Positions 8,203 through 17,941 of a stretch of 64,000 bases of DNA are shown here, piece by piece (positions within the stretch are counted from its first letter, which is position 1; every line of letters starts with the position of its first letter). The notes under the pieces are model-generated. The model did no database searches, had not been told where the DNA came from, and saw only the letters and a program-made list of their open reading frames with translations. Source of the stretch: Thermoanaerobaculia bacterium (GTDB lineage: Bacteria > Acidobacteriota > Thermoanaerobaculia > UBA5066); contig JBBRRY010000016.1 in NCBI GenBank assembly GCA_038245905.1, positions 4,955 through 68,954 on the forward strand, given 5' to 3'. Made by a program: the position numbers and the translations under genes.

Positions 8203-11098
8203 GTGTCCGAAATTGTACCCGGCTCCGCAACGCTTCGGCGGTCGGCGTGTCGCCGCGGGCCGCGAGCGCGATCGGGGGCCCCGAAAACACGAGGCGCCCC
8301 CCTCCCGGGCCGCCGCCCGGACCGAGCTCGACGAGGAAGTCCGCGCGGGCGAGGAATCCGGTGCTGTGCTCGACCGCGAGGATCGAGTGGCCTGCCGCAA
8401 TGAGGCGCCGGAAGACCGCCAGGAGCACGTCCACGTCGGACGGCGCGAGCCCGGTCGTGGGCTCGTCGAAGATGAAGAGCACCGGCTCGTCCAGGCTGCC
8501 GCTCCGGAGGAAGGACGCGATCTTCAGCCGCTGCGCTTCGCCGCCCGAGAGCGTCCCGGTGGACTGGCCGAGTGTGAGATAGCCGAGCCCCGCTTCCGCG
8601 AGCGGTGCGAGCCGCTCGGCGATCGCGGGGGCGTCCGCAAAGAGTTCGCGGGCCTCGTCCACCGTTGTGGCGAGAAGCTCGTCCACGTTCCGTCCGCGCA
8701 GCCGGACTTCGAGCACCTCGGACTTGAACCGTCGCCCGTCGCATTCCTCGCACGCGACCGTCACGTCGGCGAGGAACTGCATGTCCACCGTGACGACGCC
8801 GGCGCCCGCGCAACGCTCGCAGCGGCCGCCTTTCGCGTTGAAGCTGAACGCGCCCCTCTCGAGGCGGCGGGCCTTCGCGGCAGGAGTGCGGGCAAGAAGC
8901 GTCCGGATTTCGTCCCATGCCTTCGTGTACGTGGCCGCGTTCGAGCGGGAGGAGCGCCCTAGCGGCGACTGGTCCACGAGAACCACGTCCGAGACCCTGT
9001 CGAGACCCTCGATCGCGTCGTGTGGGCCGACCTCGTCCACGCCCGGGAGCAGCCCCTTGCCCATCCGCTGCCGGGCGCCCGCGGCCAGGACGTCCACGAC
9101 GAGCGAGGATTTTCCGGAACCGGAAACTCCAGAAACCGCGACAAGGCAATGAAGAGGGAACGAGACCGAGAGATTCTGTAGATTATTTGCGCGCGCGCCC
9201 ACGATTCGGATCTCGTCACCGAAGGCGCGCGACGTCTCGGCCGCGAGGAGTTCGCTCGGAACGGTGTCCGCGTACGCAAGTCTTCTTTCCCTTTCCAAAG
9301 CAAATATTTCCTTTTCTTTCTTCAAACTTCTCCCCGTCGCCGTGTCCTGTTCCTCCAGCTCCGCCGGCGTGCCCTCGAAAACGAGCCGGCCGCCTCTCGC
9401 GCCCGCGCCCGGGCCGAGATCGATCACGTGGTCCGCGGCCCTGATGACGTCCGTGTCGTGCTCGACGGCGACGACCGCGTTGCCGCCCGCCGCAAGACGC
9501 CGGAGGACACCGAGCAGCCTGTGTGTGTCGCGCGGGTGAAGCCCGACGGTCGGCTCGTCGAGGACATAGAGCGTGCCGGTGAGCGCGTTGCCGATGGCCG
9601 AGCCGAGCTGGATGCGCTGGGCTTCGCCGCCCGAGAGCGTGCGCATCGTGCGCGCGAGCGTGACGTAGCCGAGCCCGATCTCGACGAGCGTGGAGACGCG
9701 GCGCCGGAGCTCGTCGACGAGTGACGCCCCCCGCTCGCGCTCCCTCGCGGCGGGGAGCGCCCCTTCGAGGAAGGCGAGCAGCTCTTCGAGCGTCAGGGCC
9801 ACGACGTCGGCAATCGTCTTTCCGGCCAGCGTGACCGCGAGCGCCTCCTGCTTCAGGCGCGCACCGGCGCAGGCCGGGCACGGCGTGTAGCCGCGATACC
9901 GGGAGAGCAGCACGCGGACGTGGACCTTGTAGCGCTTCTTCTCGAGGTATTTGAAGAGCCCCTCGACGCCGTACCACTCGCCCGAGCCCTTCCACACGAC
10001 GTCGCGCTCGCGTGGCGTCAGCTCGTTCCACGGCACGTTCCAGCGCAGCTTGCTTCCACGCGAGACCGCTTTCAGGTCGTCGTACGCGCTCTCGTAGGCG
10101 GGCGAATTGAAGGGCGCGATCGGCCGATCCGCCAGCGATTTTCGGGGATCGGGGACGACACGAGCCGGGTCGATGCCCGTCACGCGCCCGAATCCCTGGC
10201 AGGTCTCGCACGCGCCGCGCGGCGAATTGAAGGAAAAGAGGGCGGGCACGGGATCCGTGAAGCGCCGGCCGGAGATATCGCAGACGAGGCCGCGGAAGAA
10301 GCGCCGGGCTGAAGACAGAGCGTCGCCATTCTTCAGAACGAGGAGCTGTCCGTCACCGGCGTCGAATGCCATTGAAAGTGAAGAGAGGATTTCCGGATCA
10401 GAAACGGACAGAACATGGCGACCGACCAGGAGAGAAAAGAGAGAAGAAGAGATTTCTTTGAATGGAAGAGAGGGCAACCGCGACGCGGTCGAGTGCGAGC
10501 CGGCCTTAGCAGAAATTTCCAGTACTTCCCCCTCTGCGGAGACGTACCGGTAGAGCCCCAGTCTTCTCCATTCCGCGCTCTCCGCCTCGAACGACTGCAC
10601 GTGGCGAGGCGCGATCACGAGAAGGCGCGCGCCCTCGCCGAACGATTCGAGCAGCTGGTCCCTCACCGTCTCGGGCGTGTGCCGAGTGACGAGCGACCCG
10701 TCGTCGGGGCACCGCAGCGTTCCCGCCGAGGCAAACAGGAGGCGCAGCACATCGTGGATCTCGGTCGCGGTCCCGACGGTGGAGCGGGCAGAGCGTCCCG
10801 GTGACTTCTGCTCGATCGCGAGCGCGGGCAGGACGTGCTCGATGAGGTCCACGTCCGGGCGCTCGAGACGTTCGAGGTATTGGCGCGCGTACGTCGACAT
10901 GGATTCGACGAACCGGCGCTGGCCCTCCGCGTAGAGCGTGTCGAAGGCGAGCGAGGATTTCCCGGAGCCGGAAGGGCCCGTGACGACGGTGAGCGCGCCG
11001 ACGGGAAATGAGCACGTCACGTTCTTCAGGTTGTGCGTGCGCGCGCGCACGACCGTGATCGCGCGCGCGCCCCTCGGGCGCCCGGTCTGCCGCGTCAC
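8198..11098 (-). CDS. uvrA: Excinuclease ABC subunit A (UvrA)
   Basis: ARTHNLKNV...[38 protein letters not shown], a second Walker [12 protein letters not shown], two LSGGE signatures and a K/E-rich inter-domain linker. The probable GTG start at 11096-11098 overlaps the TGA of the upstream methyltransferase (GTGA). The ORF-track N-terminal 118 aa are an in-frame read-through. Confidence 0.9.
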   Translation of the reverse strand: MTRQTGRPRGARAITVVRARTHNLKNVTCSFPVGALTVVTGPSGSGKSSLAFDTLYAEGQRRFVESMSTYARQYLERLERPDVDLIEHVLPALAIEQKSPGRSARSTVGTATEIHDVLRLLFASAGTLRCPDDGSLVTRHTPETVRDQLLESFGEGARLLVIAPRHVQSFEAESAEWRRLGLYRYVSAEGEVLEISAKAGSHSTASRLPSLPFKEISSSLFSLLVGRHVLSVSDPEILSSLSMAFDAGDGQLLVLKNGDALSSARRFFRGLVCDISGRRFTDPVPALFSFNSPRGACETCQGFGRVTGIDPARVVPDPRKSLADRPIAPFNSPAYESAYDDLKAVSRGSKLRWNVPWNELTPRERDVVWKGSGEWYGVEGLFKYLEKKRYKVHVRVLLSRYRGYTPCPACAGARLKQEALAVTLAGKTIADVVALTLEELLAFLEGALPAARERERGASLVDELRRRVSTLVEIGLGYVTLARTMRTLSGGEAQRIQLGSAIGNALTGTLYVLDEPTVGLHPRDTHRLLGVLRRLAAGGNAVVAVEHDTDVIRAADHVIDLGPGAGARGGRLVFEGTPAELEEQDTATGRSLKKEKEIFALERERRLAYADTVPSELLAAETSRAFGDEIRIVGARANNLQNLSVSFPLHCLVAVSGVSGSGKSSLVVDVLAAGARQRMGKGLLPGVDEVGPHDAIEGLDRVSDVVLVDQSPLGRSSRSNAATYTKAWDEIRTLLARTPAAKARRLERGAFSFNAKGGRCERCAGAGVVTVDMQFLADVTVACEECDGRRFKSEVLEVRLRGRNVDELLATTVDEARELFADAPAIAERLAPLAEAGLGYLTLGQSTGTLSGGEAQRLKIASFLRSGSLDEPVLFIFDEPTTGLAPSDVDVLLAVFRRLIAAGHSILAVEHSTGFLARADFLVELGPGGGPGGGRLVFSGPPIALAARGDTPTAEALRSRVQFRTP

Positions 11099-11682
11099 CG
11101 CGAGAAAACCGCGAGCTGGTTCATGCCGAAAAGGAACCGACGGTAGAGGACGAGGGCGATGCCCGCGCCTCGGCCCGCGTCCGCGAGCGCCTCGCGCCCG
11201 AGCAGCGCCTCGTGCTCGTCGTGCGCGTGGGCCGAGAGAAGCCCCAGCGCCGCGCCGGCCTCGAGCGGCCAGCGTCCCGACGGATGCGGCGTCGTCACGA
11301 TCAGACGTCCCCCCGGAGACAGGAGAGGCGCCACACAGGCGAGGACACGAGGCGGGTCCGCGACGTGCTCGAGGACCGCGAGGAAAAGAATTCCTTCGAA
11401 GGGCGCCTTCGCCGAGAGCGCGGCCGGAGCCGCGCCGAGGGCGATGTCCCACTCGTGGAAATCCCCGTCCGGAAAACGCTCCCGCTGGAGCCTCAGAACC
11501 TCCGGATCCCGGTCACAGCCGGTGTAAGAAGGGAGACGCCCCGGAAGATCCGTCAGGCCGCAACCGATGTCGAGGACCCGTGCACCGACCGGGACGTGCG
11601 GCAGCGCCGCGGCGAGGCGGGCCGCCCCGACGCGCTTCGTGAGCCGGCCATAGAAGGGTGAGGAGGCGGAAGGAGGGCGCAC
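11095..11682 (-). CDS. Class I SAM-dependent methyltransferase
   Basis: VLDIGCGLTDLPGRLP (motif I, GxGxG-like), ILFLAVLEHVADP and PGGRLIV are present. It is translationally coupled to uvrA. Confidence 0.7.
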   Translation of the reverse strand: MRPPSASSPFYGRLTKRVGAARLAAALPHVPVGARVLDIGCGLTDLPGRLPSYTGCDRDPEVLRLQRERFPDGDFHEWDIALGAAPAALSAKAPFEGILFLAVLEHVADPPRVLACVAPLLSPGGRLIVTTPHPSGRWPLEAGAALGLLSAHAHDEHEALLGREALADAGRGAGIALVLYRRFLFGMNQLAVFSR

Positions 11683-11720
11683 GCGGGAGTTTTACACCCT
11701 CCACCGTAAGATCGTCCCTC

Positions 11721-12206
11721 ATGAGCGAACCGGCGTTCACCCTCCGCGACGCACAGCCGGCCGACGTTCCCGCGATCGTCTCCCTGATCCGCGATCTCGC
11801 GGAGTACGAAAAGCAGCCCGAGGACTGCCATGCCGACCCTCGCCTCCTCGAAGAGCATCTCTTCGGCGCGACGCGCTTTGCCGAAGTCGTCCTGGCCGAG
11901 CGGGCCGGCGAGACCGTGGGGTTCGCGCTTTTCTTCCACAACTACTCGACCTGGCTCACCCGGCCGGGCCTGTACCTTGAAGACCTTTTCGTCAAGCCCG
12001 CCTTCCGGGGGCTCGGAATCGGCGAGGCTCTTCTCACCCATCTTGCCCGGCTTGCGGTCGGCCGCGGCTGCGGACGCCTGGAGTGGAGCGTCCTCACCTG
12101 GAACGAAGCCGCAATCAGTTTCTACAGGCGGCTCGGAGCCGTTCCAATGGACGGGTGGCAGGTCTACCGTCTCGCCGGAGACGCCCTGAACCGTCTCGGG
12201 CGATAA
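11721..12206 (+). CDS. GNAT-family N-acetyltransferase
   Basis: The ATG at 11721 gives MSEPAFTLRDAQPADVPAI... The acetyl-CoA-binding motif RGLGIGEALL (R/Q-x-x-G-x-G/A) is present, and the length is about 160 aa. Confidence 0.75.
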   Translation: MSEPAFTLRDAQPADVPAIVSLIRDLAEYEKQPEDCHADPRLLEEHLFGATRFAEVVLAERAGETVGFALFFHNYSTWLTRPGLYLEDLFVKPAFRGLGIGEALLTHLARLAVGRGCGRLEWSVLTWNEAAISFYRRLGAVPMDGWQVYRLAGDALNRLGR

Positions 12207-12233
12207 TCGACCATATTCCGGGGGCAGCAAGAC

Positions 12234-14003
12234 GTGCAAAAGAGCCGATCGCAGACAGACACACAGCCGATTCGCGTCCGCGAGGGGCGGAAGGGTTCCG
12301 GCGTCATGCGGCGCCCTGTGTCGCTGCTCGTGGATTCGCCGGACCCCACGGCACTCTTCGACCGAGCGGGCCGGATTCTCCTTGCGAACGAAGCCGCCCT
12401 CGCGGAAGGCACGCCCGGACCGGGGGCATTCGACGGCGCGCCCGAGAGTGCGCCGCCTTTCTGGCTTTCGCCCGCCGGGCGCGACAGCCTGATCGAGGCG
12501 ACCGCCGTGCCGGGAGGCGCGCGGAACTTCGAGGTGCGCATTCCGGCCGGACCCGAAACGACCGAGCGCATTTTCTGGATCACGACACGCATCGCCGCCG
12601 AATCCGCGTCCGGGGGATTTCTCGCGGCGGCCCGCGAGGTGACCGGGGCAATCGGCGACCTGTCGCGCGCCGGACCCGGCGAGACCGTGGCCGAGGCCGC
12701 CGACGCCCTCACCAGGTTCGCGAACCGCGAGCAGTTCCACTTCGAGCTCGAGCGCGAAATCGCGCGCGCCGACCTCTTCGGGCGGCCTCTCTCGCTCCTC
12801 ATCATCGGGCTCGACAATTTCAAGACCCTGAACGACACACACGGGCTCCTCGCGGGCGACGCATACCTCCGTTCGATGGCCGAGACCCTTCGAGGCACGC
12901 TGATGGCCGGAGAGACCGCGGGACGCGTGGGCGGCGACGAGATCGCGATCCTCCTTCCCGGCGCCTCTGCGGCGGAAGCCGCTCCGCGCGCCGAGATGGT
13001 GATCGGGCTCATTCGCCGCCTCGCGCCCATCTGGGACAGCAATCCGCTCACGCTGACCGCGAGCGCGGGCGTCGCGGTCTTCCCCGAGCATGCGGGCGGC
13101 GCCGCGGACCTCTTCCTAGCCGCCGATCTCGCGATGCACGGGGCCAAGCGTCGCGGCGGGAGCCGCGTGCGCCTCCACGACCCGTCCGATCGCGAGCGCG
13201 ACCGCACGGGCCGGCTGCGCGAGCAGTCGAACCGCATCCGCGCCGCCCTCGCCGAGTCCCGATTCGTGCCCTATTTCCAGCCGGTGGCGGAAGTCGGCAC
13301 GGGCCGCACGGTGGCCGTCGAGACGCTCGCCCGGATGCGTGAGCCCGATGGGCGCATTGCCCTCCCCGCCGAATTCCTCGGCGCCGCCGAGCGATTCGGC
13401 ATCGTGACGGCGATCGATCGCGCCATCATCGCGGCGGCCTTCGACGCTCTCGCGGCGGCCCGGAAGCGGATCAGCCCCGAGCTCGAGATGGGCATCAATC
13501 TGTCGGGCCTCGACTTCGACGACGACACGCTCGTCGCAGACATCTCGCGGATGGCTCGCGCCAAGGGCATACGCCCCGAACGCGTCACCTTCGAGATCAC
13601 GGAAACCGCCGCGCTCCGGGACTTCGACCGCGTGCGCGATTTCACGCACGCGCTCACCAGCGAAGGCTTCCATTTCGCTCTCGACGACTTCGGCATGGGC
13701 TTCTCGTCGTTCCGCTACCTCCGGGAGCTGCCCGTGTCGTCGCTGAAGCTCGACATCAGTTACGTCCGGGACCTCCCGAAGGAGAAGGCGAATCGCGTCT
13801 TCGTGCGGGGAATGGCGGGCATCTGCCGCGGACTCGGCGTCAAGACGGTGGCCGAGGGCGTCGAGACCGAGGAGGTCATGGAGATCCTTCCGGAACTTGG
13901 CGTCGACCGCGCACAGGGCTGGCACGTGGGCTATCCCTCCCCCGACCTCCCGGTCGTCGAAGCGGGCGCCAGCCTCATCCTCCCGCGGAGACCGCGGCCC
14001 TGA
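12234..14003 (+). CDS. GGDEF-EAL dual-domain c-di-GMP turnover protein with an N-terminal sensory region
   Basis: GGDEF-domain block: LSLLIIGLDNFKTLNDTHGLLAGDAYLRSM...RVGGDEIAILL, where the signature reads GGDEI. EAL-domain blocks: YFQPVAEVGTGRTVAVETLARMRE (EAL replaced by ETL), DDFGMGFSSFRYLRELPVSSLKLDISYV and QGWHVGYP. Confidence 0.85.
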   Translation: MQKSRSQTDTQPIRVREGRKGSGVMRRPVSLLVDSPDPTALFDRAGRILLANEAALAEGTPGPGAFDGAPESAPPFWLSPAGRDSLIEATAVPGGARNFEVRIPAGPETTERIFWITTRIAAESASGGFLAAAREVTGAIGDLSRAGPGETVAEAADALTRFANREQFHFELEREIARADLFGRPLSLLIIGLDNFKTLNDTHGLLAGDAYLRSMAETLRGTLMAGETAGRVGGDEIAILLPGASAAEAAPRAEMVIGLIRRLAPIWDSNPLTLTASAGVAVFPEHAGGAADLFLAADLAMHGAKRRGGSRVRLHDPSDRERDRTGRLREQSNRIRAALAESRFVPYFQPVAEVGTGRTVAVETLARMREPDGRIALPAEFLGAAERFGIVTAIDRAIIAAAFDALAAARKRISPELEMGINLSGLDFDDDTLVADISRMARAKGIRPERVTFEITETAALRDFDRVRDFTHALTSEGFHFALDDFGMGFSSFRYLRELPVSSLKLDISYVRDLPKEKANRVFVRGMAGICRGLGVKTVAEGVETEEVMEILPELGVDRAQGWHVGYPSPDLPVVEAGASLILPRRPRP

Positions 14004-14008
14004 TTCAA

Positions 14009-15724
14009 TTGTCCCGTAGCGGGAAGGGCCGTGTATCGGGGCTCGCCGTCGACGTCGCGCTCTTCGTCGTGCTCGGTGCACTCGTGGCCAGCGTCGTCGG
14101 GCTCGCCCAACGCTGGGAAGCGCCGATTCGCCAGGCCGTGGAGATCGACCTTTCGCCCTCGGCCCTGCCTCTGTACACCCTTCTGTCGCTGTCGCGCGGT
14201 TTCGCGGCGTACCTTCTGTCCCTCGCCTTCACGCTCGTCTACGGGACGATCGCGGCGCACGGCAAGCGCGCCGAGAAGGTCATGCTTCCGCTTCTCGACA
14301 TCGGACAGGGGATTCCCGTGCTCGGCTTCCTCCCGGGGCTCGTCCTCGGGATGGTCGCGCTCTTCCCGCGCACGAACGTCGGCCTCGAGCTCGCCTGCAT
14401 CATCATGATCTTCACCGGGCAGGTCTGGAACATGACGTTCTCCTACATCGGTTCCCTGCGTTCGATACCCGAGGAGCTCCATGAAGTCGCCCGCATCCAT
14501 CGCTTCTCGTTCTGGAAGCGCTTTCGGATCGTGGAGGTGTCCTCCTCGGTGATCGGGCTCGTCTGGAACTCGATGATGTCGATGGCCGGTGGCTGGTTCT
14601 TCCTGACCGTCAACGAGGCCTTCACGCTCGGCGACCGGGACTTCCGGCTGCCCGGCATCGGCTCGTACATGGCGGTCGCCATCGAAAAGGGCGACTCCAG
14701 GGCCATGGCGTGGGCCATCTTCGCGATGATCGTCATGATCGTGGCATGCGACCAGCTTCTCTGGCGCCCCCTCGTCGCCTGGTCGCAGCGCTTCCGGAAC
14801 GCGGACGTCGAGGGCGAGGCGGCCCCGGAATCGTGGGTCCTGAATCTCGTACGCCGCTCGGCGTTCCTCCGGAGGCTTCGTCTTCGCAGACGGCGCCGCC
14901 ACGGCGCCGCGGCCCCGTCCCCGGTCTCGCCACCGGCCCTCGCCGAGACCGGCGCCGACACGCGGAGCGCGCGCGTCCGGACCGGCATCCTCGTCGCGTT
15001 CGGCCTTGCGGCGCTCGCCGGCGCGCTCCTCGGAGCGTGGAAGCTCGTCGGCCTTCTCGCGCGGGTCCCCTCCGGCGAATGGGTGGTCCTTGTCTCGGCC
15101 CTCGGTGCGACGTTCCTCCGGACCCTCGCGGCTCTCGCGCTCGCGACGGCCTGGACGCTCCCGATCGGGATCCTCGTGGGCCGCTCCGCCGTCTGGTCGC
15201 GGCGCCTCCAACCCGTCGTCCAGATCGTGGCCTCGTTCCCGGCTCCCATGCTCTTTCCCATCGTGACCGGCGTTCTTCTCGCTCTCCGCGTGCCGTTCGG
15301 CGCCATTGCCGCGGTCCTCATGTTCCTGGGCGCGCAGTGGTACGTGCTCTTCAACGTCCTCGCGGGCGCGAGCGCCATTCCGCACGATCTCGACGAGGCC
15401 GCCGACGTCTACGCGATGAAGGGCACCGCGCGCTGGCGCAAGCTCTTCGTGCCGGCGGTGTTCCCCTTCCTCGTGACGGGCCTCGTGACGGCCGCAGGAG
15501 GAGCGTGGAACGCGTCGATCGTGGCCGAGACGCTGACATGGCGCGGAAGAACGCTGGAGACGTTCGGCCTCGGCTCGCTCATCACGAAGGCGACGCGCGA
15601 CGCCAACTTCCCTCTTCTGACTGCCGGCGTGCTGACGATGTCCCTCGCTCTCGTGCTCCTGAACCGCCTCGTCTGGCGCCGCCTCTACCGTCTCGCCGAG
15701 ACGAAGTACAGTCTCAACCGATGA
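14009..15724 (+). CDS. ABC transporter permease, duplicated (two fused TauC/SsuC-type permease domains; NitT/TauT family)
   Basis: The 571-aa protein has two homologous halves, each with the EAA-loop-like region of binding-protein-dependent permeases (AFTLGDRDFRLPGIGSYMAVAIE... and EAADVYAMKGTARWRKLFVPAVFPFLVTGLVTAAGGAWNASIVAE). The apparent start is TTG at 14009. No substrate-binding protein gene is adjacent. Confidence 0.8.
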   Translation: MSRSGKGRVSGLAVDVALFVVLGALVASVVGLAQRWEAPIRQAVEIDLSPSALPLYTLLSLSRGFAAYLLSLAFTLVYGTIAAHGKRAEKVMLPLLDIGQGIPVLGFLPGLVLGMVALFPRTNVGLELACIIMIFTGQVWNMTFSYIGSLRSIPEELHEVARIHRFSFWKRFRIVEVSSSVIGLVWNSMMSMAGGWFFLTVNEAFTLGDRDFRLPGIGSYMAVAIEKGDSRAMAWAIFAMIVMIVACDQLLWRPLVAWSQRFRNADVEGEAAPESWVLNLVRRSAFLRRLRLRRRRRHGAAAPSPVSPPALAETGADTRSARVRTGILVAFGLAALAGALLGAWKLVGLLARVPSGEWVVLVSALGATFLRTLAALALATAWTLPIGILVGRSAVWSRRLQPVVQIVASFPAPMLFPIVTGVLLALRVPFGAIAAVLMFLGAQWYVLFNVLAGASAIPHDLDEAADVYAMKGTARWRKLFVPAVFPFLVTGLVTAAGGAWNASIVAETLTWRGRTLETFGLGSLITKATRDANFPLLTAGVLTMSLALVLLNRLVWRRLYRLAETKYSLNR

Positions 15725-17064
15725 GCGCCCGCGAGAGCCCCGCCCTCGTCTCCCCGATCGCCGCCGCCCGGGGCGTCGACAAGGTCTACGCCGACGAGGC
15801 AGGACGAAATCGCGTCATCCTCAAACACGTCGATTTCGAGGTGAGGGAGAACGAAGTCGTGGCCGTCCTCGGGCCGTCGGGCTGCGGGAAATCCACGCTG
15901 CTCCGCATCCTCATCGGCCTGATCCCGCCGAGCGCGGGAACCGTCGAGCAGCACGGCAAGCCGCTCGAGGGCATCCACCCCGGCGCCGCGGTCGTGTTCC
16001 AGAATTTCGCCCTCTTTCCGTGGCTCTCCGTCTCGGACAACGTGCGTGTGGGTCTGAACGACCGCCCGCTGCCCGCGGGAGACGCGGAGGCGCGCGTGAA
16101 GGCAGTGCTCGCTGCCGTCGGCCTCTCGGGACACGAGCGCGACTATCCCAAGGAGCTGTCCGGCGGCATGAAGCAGCGCGTCGGGATCGCGCGGGCGCTC
16201 GTGGGGCGGCCCGAGCTCCTCTGCATGGACGAGCCGTTCTCGGCCCTCGACGTGCTGACGGCGGAACTGCTCCGCACCGAGGTGTACCGCCTCTTCACGG
16301 AACGGACGAGCGGGCTCTCTTCGGTTCTCCTCATCACGCATCTCATCGAGGAAGCCGTCTTTCTCGGGGACCGCATCGTCGTCCTCGGCGCGAACCCCGG
16401 CACGGTGCGCCGGGAGATCGTGAACACGGTTCCGCATCCACGCGAGTACCGCAGTCCCGCCTTCCTTCAGATGGTTGAGCTGATTCACGACGTCGTCACC
16501 GGAGTTCATCTCCCCGACTCTCCTTCCGCCCCGGCGGCCACGGTCCCGGGGCGCCGCCTCGCGGGACCGGTCTCCCCGCTCCCGGCCGTGCGCATCGGCG
16601 AGATCCTCGGCCTCCTCGAGATCCTTGCAGATCAAGGGGGCACGATGAATCTCTTCGACATCGACGCGCTGACGGACTACGACTTCGGCCGCACGATCGC
16701 CGTCGCGAAAGCGGCCGAGATGCTCGACTTCGTGGACACGCCGAAGAACGACGTCGTGCTGACGGAATCCGGCCGCCGGATGGTGAAAGCCTCGACCGCC
16801 GAGCGGCCCGCCCTCCTGCGCACCGAAGTACTCAAGCTCGGTGTCTTCTGCCTCGTCATCCGCGAGCTCGCGAAGGATCCCGACGTGCCGCTCGCGGGAG
16901 ATGCCGTGCGCGACCTGCTCGCCGAGCACCTGCCGACGGTGGACGCGTCGGAGCTGTTCGGGACCCTGATCAACTGGGGCCGAGCCGGGCAGCTCTTCGA
17001 CTTCGAATCGGCGTCCGACGCACTCGCGCTCTATTCGGGCCGCGAGGAAGAGGCCGGGGGCTGA
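15721..17064 (+). CDS. ABC transporter ATP-binding protein with a C-terminal accessory domain of about 190 aa (AAA_assoc_C-like)
   Basis: Walker A GPSGCGKST, signature LSGGMKQRVGIARAL, Walker B LLCMDEPFSALD and H-loop ITH. Its ATG at 15721 overlaps the permease stop (ATGA). The extra C-terminal domain (NLFDIDALTDYDFGRTIAVAKAAEMLDFVD...) looks to me like the AAA-associated C-terminal domain found in this transporter subfamily. Confidence 0.85.
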   Translation: MSARESPALVSPIAAARGVDKVYADEAGRNRVILKHVDFEVRENEVVAVLGPSGCGKSTLLRILIGLIPPSAGTVEQHGKPLEGIHPGAAVVFQNFALFPWLSVSDNVRVGLNDRPLPAGDAEARVKAVLAAVGLSGHERDYPKELSGGMKQRVGIARALVGRPELLCMDEPFSALDVLTAELLRTEVYRLFTERTSGLSSVLLITHLIEEAVFLGDRIVVLGANPGTVRREIVNTVPHPREYRSPAFLQMVELIHDVVTGVHLPDSPSAPAATVPGRRLAGPVSPLPAVRIGEILGLLEILADQGGTMNLFDIDALTDYDFGRTIAVAKAAEMLDFVDTPKNDVVLTESGRRMVKASTAERPALLRTEVLKLGVFCLVIRELAKDPDVPLAGDAVRDLLAEHLPTVDASELFGTLINWGRAGQLFDFESASDALALYSGREEEAGG

Positions 17065-17065
17065 A

Positions 17066-17941
17066 GTGGCTCTGCCGCTGCGCCTCGTGTCCCGGACCGC
17101 CGCGGCGCTCTCGGAGAGGCGCGCGCGCCTCGACGCCCTCCTCGCGCGCATCTCGGGTCCGCCGTCGGGCGAGACGCTTCACGATCTTCGCGTCGCGCTT
17201 CGACGAATCGCTGCCCTCGCGCGCTTGACCGGCGACGCGCCCCGGAAGGGCTCGGGCCGCGCGCTCCGGATCGCGGCGCGGGACCTTCGACGCGCCCTTT
17301 CGACGCGCCGGACGGAGGACGTCGCGCGCACTTTGCTCGTCGGCCGTTTCCGGAGGGATCCGCTACGGCGGCCGGTCGCCACGCGCCTCGTCGCGCGGCT
17401 CGCGAGAGAGGGCGATCCCGGACCCTCTCCCGCACACACACGCGCCCTTCTCTCCCGGCTGCGCCGCGCCCTTACGCGTCGAGAGACCTCTCTCGCGCAT
17501 CTCCACGACCCACTCACCGGGACCGCCGACCCCGGCTCCGAGAAATGCCTTGCGAAGGCCGTTCGGCGCCGCCTGCGCAGGGCCGCGAAACACCTTCAAG
17601 CCGTCGGAGCGCCCGGCCCCGCAAACCTCCACCCGGCGCGGATCCTCGCCCGGGACCTCCGCTACGGCCTCGAATTCACGGGCGCCGCGATGCCGGCCCC
17701 CACCGCCCTCGTTCCCCTTCTCATGGACTTTCAGGACACCGCCGGCGCCGCGCACGACCTCTCCGAGCTCATCGCCCTGGTCCGGCGCCTCGCGGGACGC
17801 TCGCGGACCGTGGACCGGCGTGCCGCCTTGCGCCTGCTGCCGCCGATTCTCGCCGCCGAGGAGCGCGCGCTCGCGCGCGCCCAGGCGTCCTCGAAGCGGC
17901 TTCTCGCGAGCCTGAAGAACGTGGACTTCGAATGGCCTTGA
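17066..17941 (+). CDS. CHAD-domain protein
   Basis: LHDLRVALRRIAALARL, ARILARDLRYGLEF and AHDLSELIALVRRLAGR are helical repeats with conserved His/Arg, typical of a CHAD domain. The GTG start at 17066 is 2 nt after the ATPase stop. Confidence 0.65.
   Translation: MALPLRLVSRTAAALSERRARLDALLARISGPPSGETLHDLRVALRRIAALARLTGDAPRKGSGRALRIAARDLRRALSTRRTEDVARTLLVGRFRRDPLRRPVATRLVARLAREGDPGPSPAHTRALLSRLRRALTRRETSLAHLHDPLTGTADPGSEKCLAKAVRRRLRRAAKHLQAVGAPGPANLHPARILARDLRYGLEFTGAAMPAPTALVPLLMDFQDTAGAAHDLSELIALVRRLAGRSRTVDRRAALRLLPPILAAEERALARAQASSKRLLASLKNVDFEWP

Noticed and set aside
6972-9149. 725-aa minus-strand ORF suggesting a much longer FHA-RDD protein
   Set aside because: The N-terminal 315 aa overlap uvrA in another frame and are Arg/Gly-rich nonsense. 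The FHA domain begins right after a GTG at 8202.
9240-9340. Lower-GC, T-rich stretch inside uvrA, considered as a possible insertion or MITE
   Set aside because: It translates in frame on the minus strand to the K/E-rich inter-domain linker of UvrA (…[17 protein letters not shown]…), so the composition follows from the amino acids encoded.
14710-17064. 784-aa plus-strand ORF spanning the permease/ATPase junction
   Set aside because: Its 5' part is an alternative frame across the permease gene and is Arg/Pro-rich. The real ATPase starts at ATG 15721, overlapping the permease stop.
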